Source: Ruditapes philippinarum (lineage: Eukaryota). Taken from it: a stretch of 64,000 nucleotides of DNA. Below are positions 1-14,522 of this stretch, piece after piece. Each line of letters starts with the position of its first letter. The first letter of the stretch is position 1. The stretch covers positions 186,001 to 250,000 of the forward strand of contig NW_026865227.1 in NCBI RefSeq assembly GCF_026571515.1, in the 5' to 3' direction. The notes under the pieces are model-generated. The model did no database searches. It was given only the letters and a program-made list of their open reading frames with translations, and was not told the DNA's origin. The translations under genes and the position numbers were made by a program.

Positions 1-1875
1 TTTTGAAGAAAAAAAAAAAAACAACAAAAAAACAATACTTAGTACACAAAAGTGATAAAATGAAAACAGTAGCCAGGTACACTTAATAAGTGTTTTTTCT
101 GTTTAAATGTAATTAACTATTGAAGCTAGATTTAAATTCCCGAGATAGAAAAAAGTAGTTGTGTTTTAAAATTCAAAGTGGCAAAAAGATGATCCTTGCT
201 CTATCAACCTACATTAATTTAACATTTTCAACTAAAGGTTAATTGATTTCAGATTTAATGGTTTTGATGTTAGGTCCAAAATGACAGTAACTTTGTTGTC
301 AACCTTTTTTTAAGCTGTTATTTTGACATGATAGACTGGAATGTGACTAGATCAACTTTTTATGTAACCATAAAAAACTGACAGAATTATTTTATTTCAC
401 TGGGAATGTTTTAGTTTTGTGTGAAATGAAGACTGGGGATAAAACATTTGAAATGTGTTTTATTATTGTCGTGAATAGTTTGTGTCAAAGGGTGTGTAGC
501 CATAGTCCTCTTAAAGTGATAGCATCATAAGTCTTTTATAATATACAAAAAAATACGTATCTATTGTTTTAATGAATACTTGAAATGATTATGGAAAATG
601 TGCCCATCAAATCCACTTCAAAGTAGTAAATTAAATGTCTTCTCCAGTGCATTGTATATAGCAAGACTTTTTGTTGTTGTTTTTTTGTCCATTGTATCTA
701 GGATTTACAATTTGTTATAACATATCAGTCATAAGTATCATATGTGATAACAGATAGAAACCAAAAAGTGTTGGACCAACACACTAAACACTGTATTTTG
801 GTATATACCAGACAAGATTCTTGAATGATTAAATGGTAAAATCTCCCCTTTTCACCTGCCAAAATGTGGCTTATTCATATTTAGTGTAATATTTGTTATC
901 CAGTGATTGATTTTAAATATTTTTTACAAAAATGCTTGCCATACATGCATGTGCAGTAAAGAAGGCTCATGCAGGTCTGTTTCTCAGGTCATGATCACTA
1001 TAAGAGGTGAAAAGATGTCAGTACACAGATACATGTAGTGTAATGTGGGGGTCATGTCAGAAAATGACATGCTTTTAATATGGATTTTTAGGATTTTGTC
1101 ATGCTGAAAGCTGAAATCTACTAACTGTAATGTTTAACATTTTGATAATCAAAATAGAAATTCACTAGATAGATTGATAGTTTGAATTCCTGTTTCTACT
1201 AACTTTTCACTCTAGTCTTCAATTCAATTCAAGATTTTGTTCTTTAATTTGAATAATATACAAATATGTAGGTCTTATAGCATTATACCTTTCTTATTGT
1301 GTAACTCCATAGATAAAATATGTTTATTTTTGCTTAGTTTATTACAAATTTGTAATAGTATCTGGACAGTTAAATTTTGTACGATACTGAAATAAATATA
1401 ATGTTAGGATAAAAATACACATATTTTTATCTATTTAAGACTGTTGTTCCTGCTAAATAGCCTTACAATTTTGACAACTATGTTTCATAGAGATATATAA
1501 TTATGAGGTTAAACGAAATTTATAAAACAGACATCTTACTGTAATTTGGCAGTAATTTGGCAGTGTTCTTTTTTCTAAATGGTTTTTATTTCTAAACGGT
1601 TTAATTCTTAAAATTCTTATTTCATTATCGCTTTTCTTTGTGGCTTGAATTCTTTATGAATTATGTTCTTTTATGACCTGTATATTAGTCTCATTGTATA
1701 AAGTGAATATCTTGAATGAAAACTGTATTGCTGGATACTATATTTAGGATGAAGACGGTAATGAGGAGAGTCGACCATGGGATTATGCTCCAATGATGTG
1801 AAGGTATTGCACGTGTACATCTCGTGCATGCACATTTCATACAGCATGATGGAGCTGTATGTTTTGATGTGTTTA

Positions 1876-1958
1876 GTTAGGGATTGTTATTGATTTGTTA
1901 GGGATTGTTATTGATTTGTTAGGGATTGTTATTGATTTGTTAGGGATTGTTATTGATT
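1876..1958. repeat. 21-bp minisatellite x4
   Basis: GTTAGGGATTGTTATTGATTT repeated. Confidence 0.95.
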
Positions 1959-3593
1959 AGTGTTTGAATTATAGAACATTGTTGAACAATATTTACTAAT
2001 GTTAGTTTTTTGTTGAAACATTTGTTTTGTATGACTTGTTACAGAGCAAAAAAAAATGATTTGACTGATTTATATATTATTTGACATAAACCATTTAGAA
2101 TATAGCTTTGGTTGATGTGTCTGAAATTACTTATCGTATTTACTTGCATATTAGACATTTTCGAAGATCTTTGTTGTTAATGTCTTGCAAAAGCTTAGCC
2201 CATTATTCAAACATTTAAAAAGTTATCAACATGAAAATTGGAATACTTACTTTGTTAACAAAGATTTGTTAAATTTGGCATAAATACTACAAAACAAACA
2301 AAGAGGCTAGTAAGTGTATCAATTCTGTACATTTTGACCAGCATAGTTACTGTTAGCAGTCTCCTCAGTTCTTCAAACAGGCAATGATTAACTGATCTAA
2401 ATTCAAAGCATTTCTCATTAACCACTAAGGTTGTTTTTAAAGTCATGATGAAGGTTTTAGACTTTTAGTGACCAATATTTCTTATGTAAAATTTAAATGA
2501 ATTATACTCCTAATAGAAAACTTAGAAGAAAAAATTTGCATTGTCTAGACTTTTGTTTTACTTTTGAGCGCTGAAAAAAAAATAGCTGAGGGTGTTGACT
2601 GGCTTAGACTTTTGTTTAATTCAAGATTATTTCAAGTTTATTTGTCTTAAATTAACATTGGCATGAGAAAGTATTTCTTACTCTTGTTTTTTGTTTAATT
2701 TTAAATGTTGGTTAATGCATGAATTGTGTTGCAGGAATTGCTTTAAATTTGATTATTTTATTTATTTTTTTGTTAAGAAATTTTAAGATTTTTTTTCTCA
2801 TATATTTATAAGTATGTTTGAAAATGTGTCAGGCATTTAAAAAAAAAATAAACAAGAGATTGTTTTCATCAGAAACTGCAAAAATGTAATAGACACATAT
2901 GAGTATTGCTGTCTATTGAATGCCTGCTAAGTCTTGTGAGGCAGTTGTTGTTAAACAATAAGCTTATTAGGGCCATAACTCTACTTTAATTTTTTTGAAA
3001 GAGTTGCTTCCCTTTATGTAAGTTGAATGAATACAGAATTTGTGTCATATTCATAAAAAAAATGTACATTGTAATTTATCAGTTATATGCTGTCAATTCC
3101 CATTCATTAAGTGGGAAAAGAAATTTCTTTGTTTTATCAAAAAGTTCAACATGCATAAGTCTGTTTATAAAGGAAGTAAAATGCAAATAATGTTATAAAA
3201 ATATATTAGAATGATTAAACAGCAGACAAACTTCTTTTCCATTGTACTTTGTAACAGGTTTTTTGTGCTCTATAAAGTTGAACTTTATATGATGTACTTG
3301 TGAATGCGCATCCAAATTAAATGCAACATAGATTTTAGTTTTTCTGTTTCAGGTACATGTTTTAATATTATTTTATGTATGTAACTTATAATAATATTTA
3401 CAAATATGAACATGGTATTTTAGAACATTTTGTATTAGTTATATCCAGAAACTATTTATATCTTTTTTAAGTTGTTTATAAACATTATTCACTTATATTT
3501 TCAGAGCTAGTTTACGACTGGAAATTTTAATCAACTACTTAACAATTTGGACAAAAAGTGTTCAATCTCTCAAATATTGTGAGAATTTACCTA

Positions 3594-3840
3594 TCTGTCA
3601 ACAAGATGTCCTGTCAACAAAGATGGTCTTTTACAACAAGATGTCCTGTCAACAAAGATGGTCTTTTACAACAAGATGTCCTGTCAACAAAGTGGTCTTT
3701 TAAAACAAAAAATCATGTCACAAAGACAACCTTCAAACAAGATAGTCTTCTATAATAAGATTTTTCTATCAGAAAGATATCCTGTCAAAAAGATGTCAAC
3801 TAAGACAATTTTCTGTCAACAAGAGGAAGTAACTCTGTCA
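3594..3840. repeat. 35-bp tandem repeat x~3 plus degenerate tail
   Basis: acaagatgtcctgtcaacaaagatggtcttttaca at 3601, 3636, 3671. Confidence 0.85.
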
Positions 3841-4299
3841 GTATTAACTTTATATCTGAAATCCAGAAACAACTTTTGTTATCTTCGGAACAAAATTGTG
3901 CCTTGTTATAGCCATGCTGCAGTAACGATAGATATTTGAGATATTTGTCTTGTGGTGTTTTGGGATGTAGGAATGTAGGGTGTTTTTTTAAACCTTAATA
4001 AAAGACATTGAAACAGGAAGTAAAAATTGTTTAATTTGACAAATTTTTTACCAGAAAGACCAAGTATTTGGTCACTGAGATGTTGGTTAATTGTTTATTC
4101 ATAAATGCCATTGATGTATATAATGTAAATATGACTCTTTCTTTATGTCATTTTTTTTTTCTGTGAAAATGTTCTTAATGACCACGACTTAAATTTTGAT
4201 TGCCTACCGACATTTTCATTTTATGCCTTTGCTGGGCAGCCTGAAAGGTTCCCATTTCACTATTTTATTTAAGCATTATCTTATTATTCTAATTTTGTC

Positions 4300-4630
4300 A
4301 TACTGCGGTAAACTGTTTCAATATTGAGGTTTATATTTGGTTTATTGAGGTAAACCATGTCAATGGAGATTTGTATTTGGTATACTGAGGTAAACCATGT
4401 CAATGGAGATTTGTATTTGGTATACTGAGGTAAACCATGTCAATGGAGATTTGTATTTGGTATACTGAGGTAAACCATGTCAAAGGAGATTTGTATTTGG
4501 TATATTGAGGTAAACCATGTCAGTTGAGAGATTGGTAATTTGGTATACTGAGGTAAATAATGTAAAATAGAGGTTGGTATCTTGTATACTGAAGTAAACC
4601 AAGTCAGTTTAGTGGTTGCTATTTGTACAT
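4300..4630. repeat. 40-bp minisatellite
   Basis: tatactgaggtaaaccatgtcaatggagatttgtatttgg at 4381, 4421, 4461, 4501 with degenerate flanking copies. Confidence 0.92.
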
Positions 4631-5796
4631 ATTATGTAGTGCAGATATTTCACCATATTTAAGTACTATTAAGCCCTTTATGTTTATATATTTGATCAAT
4701 TTTCATTAAGGTATCAGTCATGTTTACAGATAGTGCTGTTCATTTTTATCACATTATCATTTGATATTACTGTAAATAGTTTTGTTTTAAAAGTCATTAA
4801 TGTTTTTATGTACTATATGCATTATTTTTTTCTATCTGATTCAAACCAAAATTAGTTTCGTTTTTTGCTTAAGAAGGAAGAGTATTTGTTAGACTGTTTA
4901 TGAAGACCTGTACGATGCCTAATGATATTTTTATGCACCTCTGTCCTACCCTGAATGAATGAATTGATGGAGTGGGGGAGGGGATGGGTGGTTGTGTTTT
5001 ATAAGCCAGAGCCTTCGTTATCAACATGATTTATTTCATGACAGCTTACTTTCAGTATTGAAGTATGACCTTGACCTCCAAATAACCTTGACTGTCAGAG
5101 GTCAAATTTCCAAAATTCGGAAACTTTCATCTTGACTAATTATTTTGCAAGATATTTACGGCCTAAACAACTGCAACATAGGCCATAACGTCTTTATTAT
5201 ATAAATGAGAGACATCATTCTTATACATAATATACCTCTGGGGGAAGTTGTGAATTATGACCTTGACCTATTAATGTCCCTGACATCCAGGTCAAGTTTT
5301 CAAAAATCAGGAAAATTACAGTTTTAGATAATGGATGGGGACCATTTCTTTTAACACATGTGAATTTGTTTCTGCAGAACTGAACCAAATGGTTCTATTC
5401 ATTCAACCTTCAGCTGTTAATTTGTTTAAAGTGTACTGTTAATTTAGTGATATATATTTAAATGTAATGACTCTAATATGTTTTCATTGGATTTGTTCAA
5501 GTGAATATGTTGTAATTGGATTTGTTCTAGTGCTGATTTTTTGTGGTTTGAAAGTTTTGCCATTGAACAATAGTGCTTGTCGGGGGGATTTAGGATCAGG
5601 GTTGTGGCTAGTTATAATGACCTGTTTTGATTGAAATATGATGTTTAACTCTTACCTCCCTACAGATCTGAAATGGACTTATCAGTGTTGTAATCTGGAC
5701 AAAACCATTCATGATTTTTGGGGAAAATTCCAAAAATTAGGAATAACTGAATAGTAAAACAACAAAAACCATGGTCTTATGGCACAGATATGCCAG

Positions 5797-5909
5797 ATGA
5801 TCTTGGTCTGTACAAATTAAATGATCTTGGTCTGTACAAATTAAATGATCTTGGTCTGTACAAATTAAATGATCTTGGTCTGCACAAATTAAATGATCTT
5901 GGTCTGTAC
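5797..5909. repeat. 24-bp minisatellite x~5 inside a MITE
   Basis: atgatcttggtctgtacaaattaa repeated. Confidence 0.92.
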
Positions 5910-6367
5910 TGATTGCATGGGTAAAATTTGTTGAGACTGATGTGTTAAGAGGTAACAGATCATCTGGGCTTGTGATTTAGTACTAAGATATTTTAATCAT
6001 TTCATTGTATTGATTGTTTATTTGTTTTAAATGCTTTTTTGTATGTTACCCATAAGGATTATTGAGTTTGAAAAATGAAACAGTTATGCTATTATTGTAA
6101 TTCTATAACTTGTTTTGTTGTAGTTTAAATTTATCAGGGTTAGCCATGATATTACTAATGAGTATTTATAACTTTTTATGTTTGTGAAACTTTATATATT
6201 TGATGCTATTAATACACAACAGGTAAAATTTAAACACTGTTTGCAGAAATTCCATGACAAACTGAAAGTGACAGAAAATTTGGTAAATCATATTTACTGG
6301 AAAATACACTTTTATGGAAAGTTAAGAGATGCAATTTGGATTAAAAAGAAAAAATAATGTTTAAGTA

Positions 6368-7823
6368 TTTTTAGCTCGACTATTCGAAGAATATGAGAGC
6401 TATTGTAGTCGCCCCGGCGTCGGCGTCGGCGTCAGCGTCCGCTTCGGCGTCTGCGTTGGTTAAAGTTTTTTGTATAGTCAAATATCTCAATTATTACTTG
6501 AGATATTCAATTGAAACTTACAATACTTATTTATAGTAACAAGGTACATCAGATTGACAAGTTGGATTACTCTGCCTACAATATTGACAGAATTATGCCC
6601 CTTTTTAACTTAGAAATTTTGGTTAAAGTTTTTTGTAAAGTCAAATATCTCAATTATTGCTTGAGATATTCAATTGAAACTTACAATACTTATTTATAGT
6701 AACAAGGTACATCAGATTGACAAGTTGGATAACTCTGCCTACAATATTGACAGAATTGTGCCCCTTTTTAACTTAGAAATTTTGGTTAAAGTTTTTTTGT
6801 AAAGTCAAATATCTTGATTATTGCTTGAGATATTCAATTAACACTTACAATACTTATTTATAGTAACAAGGTACATCAAATTGACAAGTTGGATAACTCT
6901 GCCTACAATATTGACAGAATTATGCCCCTTTGGAACTTAGAAATTTTGGTTTAAGTTTTTTTGTAAAGTCAAATATCTCAATTATTGCTTGAGATATTCA
7001 TTTGAAATTTAAAATACTTATTTATAGTAACAATTAATGTACATCAGTTTGCAAAATTGCATAACTCTGTCTGCAATATTTGCAGAATTATTTGCCCCTT
7101 TTTAACTTAGAAATTTTGGTTAAAGGTCTTTAAAGATATTTACTTGAAACTTTACACATGCACTTAGGGTCATAATTGGAGGGTCATAATTGTATGTCAC
7201 TGACCAAGTTCCATAACTCTATCTTGCATTAAGGTTAGTGATTCATATCCCCTTTTCTACTTAGTCTCTTGGTTAATGTTTACATGCAAGTTTTACATAT
7301 CTCAATAACTATTAAAGATATTTATTTAAAACTTCACATATGCATTTAGGGTCATAATTGTAGGTCACTGACAAAGATCCATAATTCTATCTTGCATTTA
7401 GGCTGATTTTTCTCCCCTTTTTCAACTTAGAAATTCATGGTAAAGTTTTGCTTGTAAGCTGTTATCTCAATATTTACTGAAGGGTTTGTGCCTTTTTTGG
7501 GACAATTTTATGCATTCATAATAATAAAGCAGTGATTTTCTTGATAAAACATCTTAATAACAAGCCTTTGTACCTTTTCTGTCAAATTTATGTATTCATA
7601 GGTTACATTAGTATTATTATACTCAATTAAAAACCCTTGTGACATTACCTTCCGAATAGTCAAGCCAATTCTGTATAATTAGACTCTCTCTAAGGCCTAT
7701 AACATGAATTTATAAAAAGAAAATTAGCCCTTTTGTGAACTTAAAAAATTTAACATTATCAAGGATCTTTTACTATCAAGCACTTAGAATAGTCGAGCAT
7801 GCTGTCCTACCGACAGCTCTTGT
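6368..7823 (+). mobile_element. Non-autonomous Helentron/HINE-type element, family A, with ~163-bp tandem units
   Basis: 5' ttttt-AGCTCGACTATTC, (GGCGTC)n tract, ~4 good plus degenerate 163-bp units (6458, 6621, 6784, ~6947), 3' GAATAGTCGAGC, hairpin GCTGTC-ctacc-GACAGC, then tcttgtt. Confidence 0.85.
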
Positions 7824-10800
7824 TTTGTTTTCCTGTGTTAGATATGTTGAAGAAAATTGTGCAGGTGGTTTGGATGTTACAAGTATTTTTGGGAGGAATG
7901 AATCTATAAATTTAGGCTAGAGTAGTAGTAACATGACCAACATAATTATACTTTAAATCAGATTTAGTAAAAAGTCTTTTTGTGTGCCATAAAAAAATAT
8001 ACATAGATCTTACAGATTCCTTGATCTAACATTTTAAGGGAATAAAAGGTAAATGTATAGTGACCTGCCAGTCACTTATATTTGATTTATCTTGAGGACA
8101 TGCCTGATTTTTACAATATTTATCTCCCTTGACAATAGTGGCAGCCATTTTGGGGAGGGGGTCAATATTTTATATAATGTACATGTAAATGACAAAATAT
8201 GAAAACATCAATATAAAACCTGAGTTAGGTGAATTGTCAAATTCTTTTATACATATGAAGGAAAATATTATTATAGCAACAATATGTTTAAAGGTTTTTA
8301 TCAGTTTTCATGAAGATGATAGAATTTTCAGAGATTTTTATCTTATCTTAGGGGGAAATATAAATCAATATTGCAGCCAGGGAGGTAATAATTGTAATAT
8401 GAAAAGCACATCTATACTGGTGGCAAAGGCTTTTCTCTTTCAGTTTCAGCATAGTTCGTGTTAACGGTTTTGTTTCATATTAGCACTAAGAAAAATGATA
8501 ATGATTTGCCAAGGCCCTCAGTATAAAGCCAGGTGACTGTGAGATTTATCTGATATCCCTTTGATAACAAAATGGATATCATCACAGTAAGAAATGAAAT
8601 ATAAAGGGAAGAGTGCTATTTTTACTACAACGAAGTTGTCATTTAGTCTTTTATTAGTTATTTAAATAGAAAATTATTATAATTCCTTGTAAAAAGAGGT
8701 GAAAGTAAGAATATTTAAGGATAGGCCATTATTTCAACACATTATATATTCTAGTCCGAGTTAGTTAGCCATTCTGTTAGTAGTTTTAGTAAAAATATCG
8801 GGTTTTAAAGTTGTATGTTTTATATTTTAGTGTTGCATACATCATATATCATTTTAAACAAGAAATATTTAGCTTTTTCTGTCTCATTTTGTTTAATAAA
8901 TTAATTATATAAACAGTTAATTCTATGTACAGTTGGAGCATTTGTGTATACATTTAAAAAAATATAATTTTTAAAAATTTTGAATGTGATTTTTTTTTTA
9001 ATTTTTTGGATCAGTTTTCCAAAAGGTGTTTAATGGTAAATTTTCAAGTCAAATTTATAGAATATAGTTACTTAATCTGTTAAAATTGTCTCCTAGCTTG
9101 GCATTTTATTCTCTGTCTATGTTTTTAAACCAAGTCTTGTAATTGTCATTTGAATTTTATTGGCGTTATTGTATTGTTTATAAGCTGATAGAAATTGTAT
9201 TCTTATCAGATATGTCATGTAGTTCAGAACGGTTGTAAATATCATTGTAAAACTTTGTTTGAAAGACCACTCCTATTTAAATACCACATACTGGAAAATA
9301 ATTTTTATTGAAATGTAATAATTATTTTATTTCTAATTTTGAATTTGAGATAATTATACATTATATGTAATTGCATCCATTCAAGACTGAAGTTCATATT
9401 TTCAAACACAATAATGTACCTGATGCTGATGTTCAGCTTGGGTGAGTGTTACTCTAAATCAACAGAAGCTAAAAAACTCTAAGGCATGCCGCTGACAGGG
9501 TTTGAACCCACACGGCCAGCAGCCCTTGCTAGTCAGAACACTTTTACTAATACTGACTTATAATACCTGATTACAAAACAAAACAAAAAACAAAAATTAA
9601 AAAATCTTTGTTTTTAAGTAGTTGAAAAACTGGTCTTGGAATAATTAGTTTGAGAAATCTTGTTGTCACCTTAGTTCAGTAATGGAGTAAGTGCTACTTA
9701 CTTTGATAGGAGATAACCTGTAACATTAAGGTGACATTATGAACAAAAATAAGAGATTAAAATATACATATATTTCATAGAAAAAGTCAGGTTTAGCATT
9801 AGTTTGCACTTATGAAGCCTGCACTGGCTTCATGAATTGATTCAGTCGCAGATTAAGGGTTATCATTCACCCTAGAATAATGTAGGTTTGAATCCTTAAA
9901 AAATGACATTGGCAGGAATATAGATAAAAAAAACTATTGAAAATGTATTTTTTTTTTCAATTCAAAGTCACAGTAAATTTATCATCTGACCTTAAAAGTT
10001 GACTTTAAACAGTACAGGGCTAAAATATAACATTATTTTTTAATATGAACTTTATTATTGTTTTAATTCTTAATTTCAATGCAAAATAGAAACTGTTGAT
10101 TTTCTTTATATATATGAATTTTGCTTTCTTCACATGCCGTCACCTAAGTGCAATAACGGGTTAACTTCTATTAAATCATATAAGGAGTTAACACATTACT
10201 GCACTAAGGTGATGATGTATTATAAGAGATGTTATTAAATATTGCATCATTGTGTTTTGTCTTGTTGATTAAGTTATTGTTAAGAATCTCTTTTTTGAAA
10301 TTTTAAAACTTTGTTTATACATTGACTGTATTAGAAATGTTTTATGTACAATGTAATGCTTATTTATAGCACAATGTTTACCAATTACACAGAAATTTAC
10401 TTATTGATTATTTAAATACAGTTTTTTTGCCCACAAAATAATCGGTTATTTCATTTTCGTGGATAATTCATGATTATTTTTACCCTTGGTATGTATGCCA
10501 ACAAAAGAAGGGAAAAAAAAGGAAAAGGAAAAAAAAATTGTCAATGATTGATTGCTTTAATGAGATATATATGTTTTGTTTTAAAAATTCAGCATTGCAG
10601 TGTTTATTTATGTTTGTGCAGGGAAATTTATATTTTCTTTTATACTAGGTAGAATAGAGAAATCAAAGTTAACATTTACAAGAAATTCTGAAAAATCTTG
10701 AGGGTCATTTTTTTTTTAATTTACAAAAAATTTTCATCACTCAAACTAGTTTTGATATTTCAGACTTAAGATGATATTCATTGTGGACAATCTACAGTAA

Positions 10801-11423
10801 CACATTAAGCGTACCAGTGTATGGCTTAAATTGTGAAACTCAAAAGCAAGAATTTTTAATTCATAATTTGTTCCTAAAATTTTCGTTAGGATAAAAAAAG
10901 TTTAAATTTTGTAAAATTAATTAAGCTTTCAATGTTGTTTAATGCTGGAATACATTATTCTTCTACAGTTTATGTAATGTAACCTATACACAGTATTTAT
11001 TGTTTTAAATATTTTTTCTTTTCTTTATTATTTGCGTGTATAACATAAATGGTAAAGATAATGATATACAATGTAAAGTTATATATAAGGAAAGAATATA
11101 TAGCCAATCAGAGATGATAAGATAAAATATTTACAATTTATTTAATTGATTCATGATGAATAAAAGTTATTCATATATATAAAATATTTACAGTGTTGGT
11201 ACTCTTTGTTCAATCCCAATAACCCCCCACCCCCCTACTTTCATATCTCATTGGTTTTGTCCAATCCCCTTAACCCCTCCCCCTACTTCCATACCACATT
11301 GGTTCCCTCAGAGTGACAGAAAAAAGTTTTGATATTAGTATTTCTCATATTAGAGATATGGTCTGTACCCATGTCAGATCTGATATGGTACCATTTTGGA
11401 AATCTCGGATAAAAAGAGCCATA

Positions 11424-12070
11424 TTTAACTCAACTTTCTGAAGAAAAATTGGAGCTGTTCTCAAGATCATCTAGGGGGCAGCACTATCAGTGTTGGTTTT
11501 CATTTATGGTCATTAACTTCAGTTTTAACAAAGCTATTACATTGAAACTTGAGATATATGGGTGCACTTTTGATAAGTTCTACCTGCCATACCCATTCTC
11601 AGTTCAAAATGTCAAGTGTCAAGGCCACTGGGACTTGGTTAAGGTCAAATTCTTTAGAAATATATATAAAAGCTATTCACTTGAAACTTGGCAGGGGCTG
11701 TTTGTGGGTGAAATTATGCACAAAGGGGCATCTAAGGTCTTCCTTCACCAGTAAAGCCATATGACCTATTTATTTATTATATCTGGTAGGATGGAGTCTG
11801 GGGTCACATGGGTTATAAGGTCAATAATACTGGTGCTAAAAATAGATTTTTACATTTGCTGACAGCCTATATTTATACAGATGTCATTTATAATTGGTTA
11901 GAATGTACCTTGAAAGGCCACAAATGCTAAAAATAGATCTTTACACTTGCTTAATATACAGCCTTTATTTATTGAGAATATATGTCTTTCATCTTAAGTA
12001 GGCACATAACATGAGTGGTCCTCGATCTTCTGCCGAGGTTGTCAGAGTCAAGGTCAGTGTTGCTGAAAAT
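11424..12070 (+). mobile_element. Degenerate HINE-like remnant
   Basis: T-rich start ttaactcaactttctgaagaaaaattggagct resembles the family A head; tgaaacttg and aaggtcaa motifs typical of the satellite units. Confidence 0.45.
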
Positions 12071-12199
12071 AAATGTTAATATTCTCTTACGTATTTTGAA
12101 TTTTAGTACAATGTATATTGACTAAAGCAGTTTTAGGAAGAATCATTCTTAAGAACCCTAGAAGAAATTTAAACTACACTCTTTAATCTGCTAACTAGA

Positions 12200-12340
12200 A
12201 CTAACCAGTACTGGTGTCATATTATGAACATTTGACCGTTGTGCAGGAGAGTAGTGTCATATGAGGTATAGACCTCAGTAGGGCTCAAACCCAGTATCCC
12301 TGGGTTGAGAGGCAGACATCTTGACCAATAAGCCACTGTT
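12200..12340 (-). mobile_element. tRNA-derived SINE remnant, family 3; relative at ~50620-50730
   Basis: Shared aaccagtactggtgtcat and gaggcagaca(t/c)ctt(g/a)acc; degenerate B box. Confidence 0.55.
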
Positions 12341-13048
12341 CTCCTAATATTATTTAAGCAAACCTGGCTTGACCAGTTAAGAATACATTTGACTATTGAC
12401 AAATAAATAACACAAAGTCATTTTAATTAAAAGGATTTTTTTCCATTTCTATTGAAATGCATTAGATAGAAAGTTACACAAGTGCAGTTAATAATAATAT
12501 AAATTTATTTTATGAGAAAAAACAAACAATCTATTGTCACAAAATATAATATCAAAATAAGCTAATCAAACATTTAAAAACAAAGCTACATATGGCAACT
12601 TATACAAAAAACAAACACAAACAAACAAACAATAAAAAAAATACAAATACAAAATTGATTAGGTCAATAAAAACATTAGGCAAAAGTAGATATTGCATTC
12701 AGTCAAATTTGTGTGAGTAATAAAGCGTCATTTATTATTAAACAATAATTGAAAATTTATTTTTTATAAAGTTCTGCATAATTCAACAAATGTTTATTTC
12801 ACCATTCAAATATAATAAATCTGTTAAATAAAGTTTAATAAAGTCTAAAACGATATTAACAAAAATGATAACAAAGGGAGGTAACTGTCCCTCTAATAAA
12901 AGCAAATCTGACTGAATGAAAATAAATGCGTTTTACAAATTGAAGATAAAAGATAATATCATTCACAAAGGTTGGGATTGTCAAGTTCAACAGTGTAAAT
13001 ACATAATCTACAGTATTTTTTTCCAAACTGTTTGCATAAAAGGTACAA

Positions 13049-13590
13049 TAACAAAAGCTGTTCTTCCCAAGTTATAGCTTAACTGACCCCATGACTGTGG
13101 CTTTAATAATTAAAAAGAATCTAAACTTAATCAATTTATCCAGACCAAATTGTTTGATGCCTTCCAAAGCCATCTTGTGCCATTGAGCAAAATCAAGTTC
13201 AGGGTCAAGGTCACTGGACTGACCTTTGGCCTATAAAGCCCACTACAACCAGTAATCGGGTTCTCTACTGACCACTGACCACAGGCAATCACGGTATGAA
13301 ATATCAAATGTGCAGGTCAAAGTTCTTTAGATAAAAATAATAAAATAGTTTGATTCTTTTGTCATTATAGTGACCCTGACCTTTAACCTTGGAAGCAATT
13401 TTGTTCTTTTCCTCTACAAAATTCACAATGGTACTATACAAACTGACACCTATAGAACCAATAGTTCTTTTGTTTAGTTCTTATGCAATAACAAAGCTGT
13501 TTGCCCAACCTTTAGATCTAACAATCTACCTTAAACAACATGACAGAAAAAAATTATACATTTCCTATTTTGAAGGTGGGCATAATAAAT
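13049..13590 (-). mobile_element. Degenerate HINE-like remnant
   Basis: aacaaaagctg start, tgacc(tt) motifs, gggcataataaa end like family C. Confidence 0.4.
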
Positions 13591-14303
13591 AAACATGCAC
13601 TTTTCTGTTATCAGAATTAATCATTTTTGTAATTTTACTTTAAAAAAACTTTTAAATTATGTATATCCTAAAATTAAAGTCATGTTGTATATTTGATTTA
13701 AACATTTTACTTGACCAGCATTTTAAGAATAAAATACCATATCTACGTGTATAATTTAAGTTTTCAAATATACATTGTATGCATTTACATGTCCCAAAAC
13801 TTTAATCTGCCAAAATAAGTCAAATCTGTTCAGTATTTCAATCGACCAATTATAACAAATGTTGAATATATTTCATGTAAAACTCATGTATTATTTAAAT
13901 AAGAACATAAATAAATTGACTACATAGTAATCAAAATGGTCCCCACATCTCACAACCATAAGTTATATTCCTGTACATGTATTAAAATGCCATAAAAATC
14001 TTTCCTCACTCTAAATGCTTTATATATTTTCATATAAATCAGTAAATTATATATAAATAATAACATATGCTATGAAACAACTTTCAAAATATATAAACCT
14101 ATTAACTATGCAATGACAAATGAAATAAAAAATCGATGAAGCATGACCATTGAGAAAAAAACAAACAGTGCAAATTAATAAACAACATGACAAAAAAATA
14201 CATTTATATTATACATAATTGTACATTTTGAAGTGCAAAAATATAAACTCTGAAAGAGATAAATTTAACAAATGTCAGCAAAAAAACAGTAAAAAAGTTA
14301 TAT

Positions 14304-14522
14304 TTAACCCTGTACCTGCTGTATTTGTGTAATGGATTTGCCCTGCTTTGAATTTGGAACAGTCCATTCAAAGTTTAAGGGATTTCAATATCAAATTATA
14401 CAAAAATTGAGCTACCATCAGTAAGAAAGCCCGGTCAGACTCGGCACAGATGCTCAGACTTGCCCAGCTCTATACTGGTGCCAAAGGCTAATCACATTCA
14501 ATTCCAGCAGGTTAAAGGTTAA
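14304..14522. mobile_element. TTAA-flanked MITE with CC(C/T) ends (piggyBac-like)
   Basis: TTAA-CCCTGTACCTGCTG...CAGCAGGTTAAAGG-TTAA; degenerate relatives at ~5645-5955, ~17598-17915, ~25053-25480, ~52930-53320. Confidence 0.72.

Larger units (their letters stand above)
1..11200 (+). other. Putative 3' region (long 3'UTR and/or last introns) of a convergent plus-strand gene whose CDS lies outside the window
   Basis: T/G-rich plus strand, no credible ORF, AATAAA at 11159-11164 just before the composition changes. Confidence 0.4.

Noticed and set aside
1876-1958. Interstitial telomere (contains TTAGGG)
   Set aside because: TTAGGG occurs once per 21-bp unit and not as a hexamer run.
9485-9550. 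tRNA-like sequence; also ~31170-31250 and 60930-61015
   Set aside because: Only degenerate A/B boxes are present with no intact cloverleaf; these are SINE heads.
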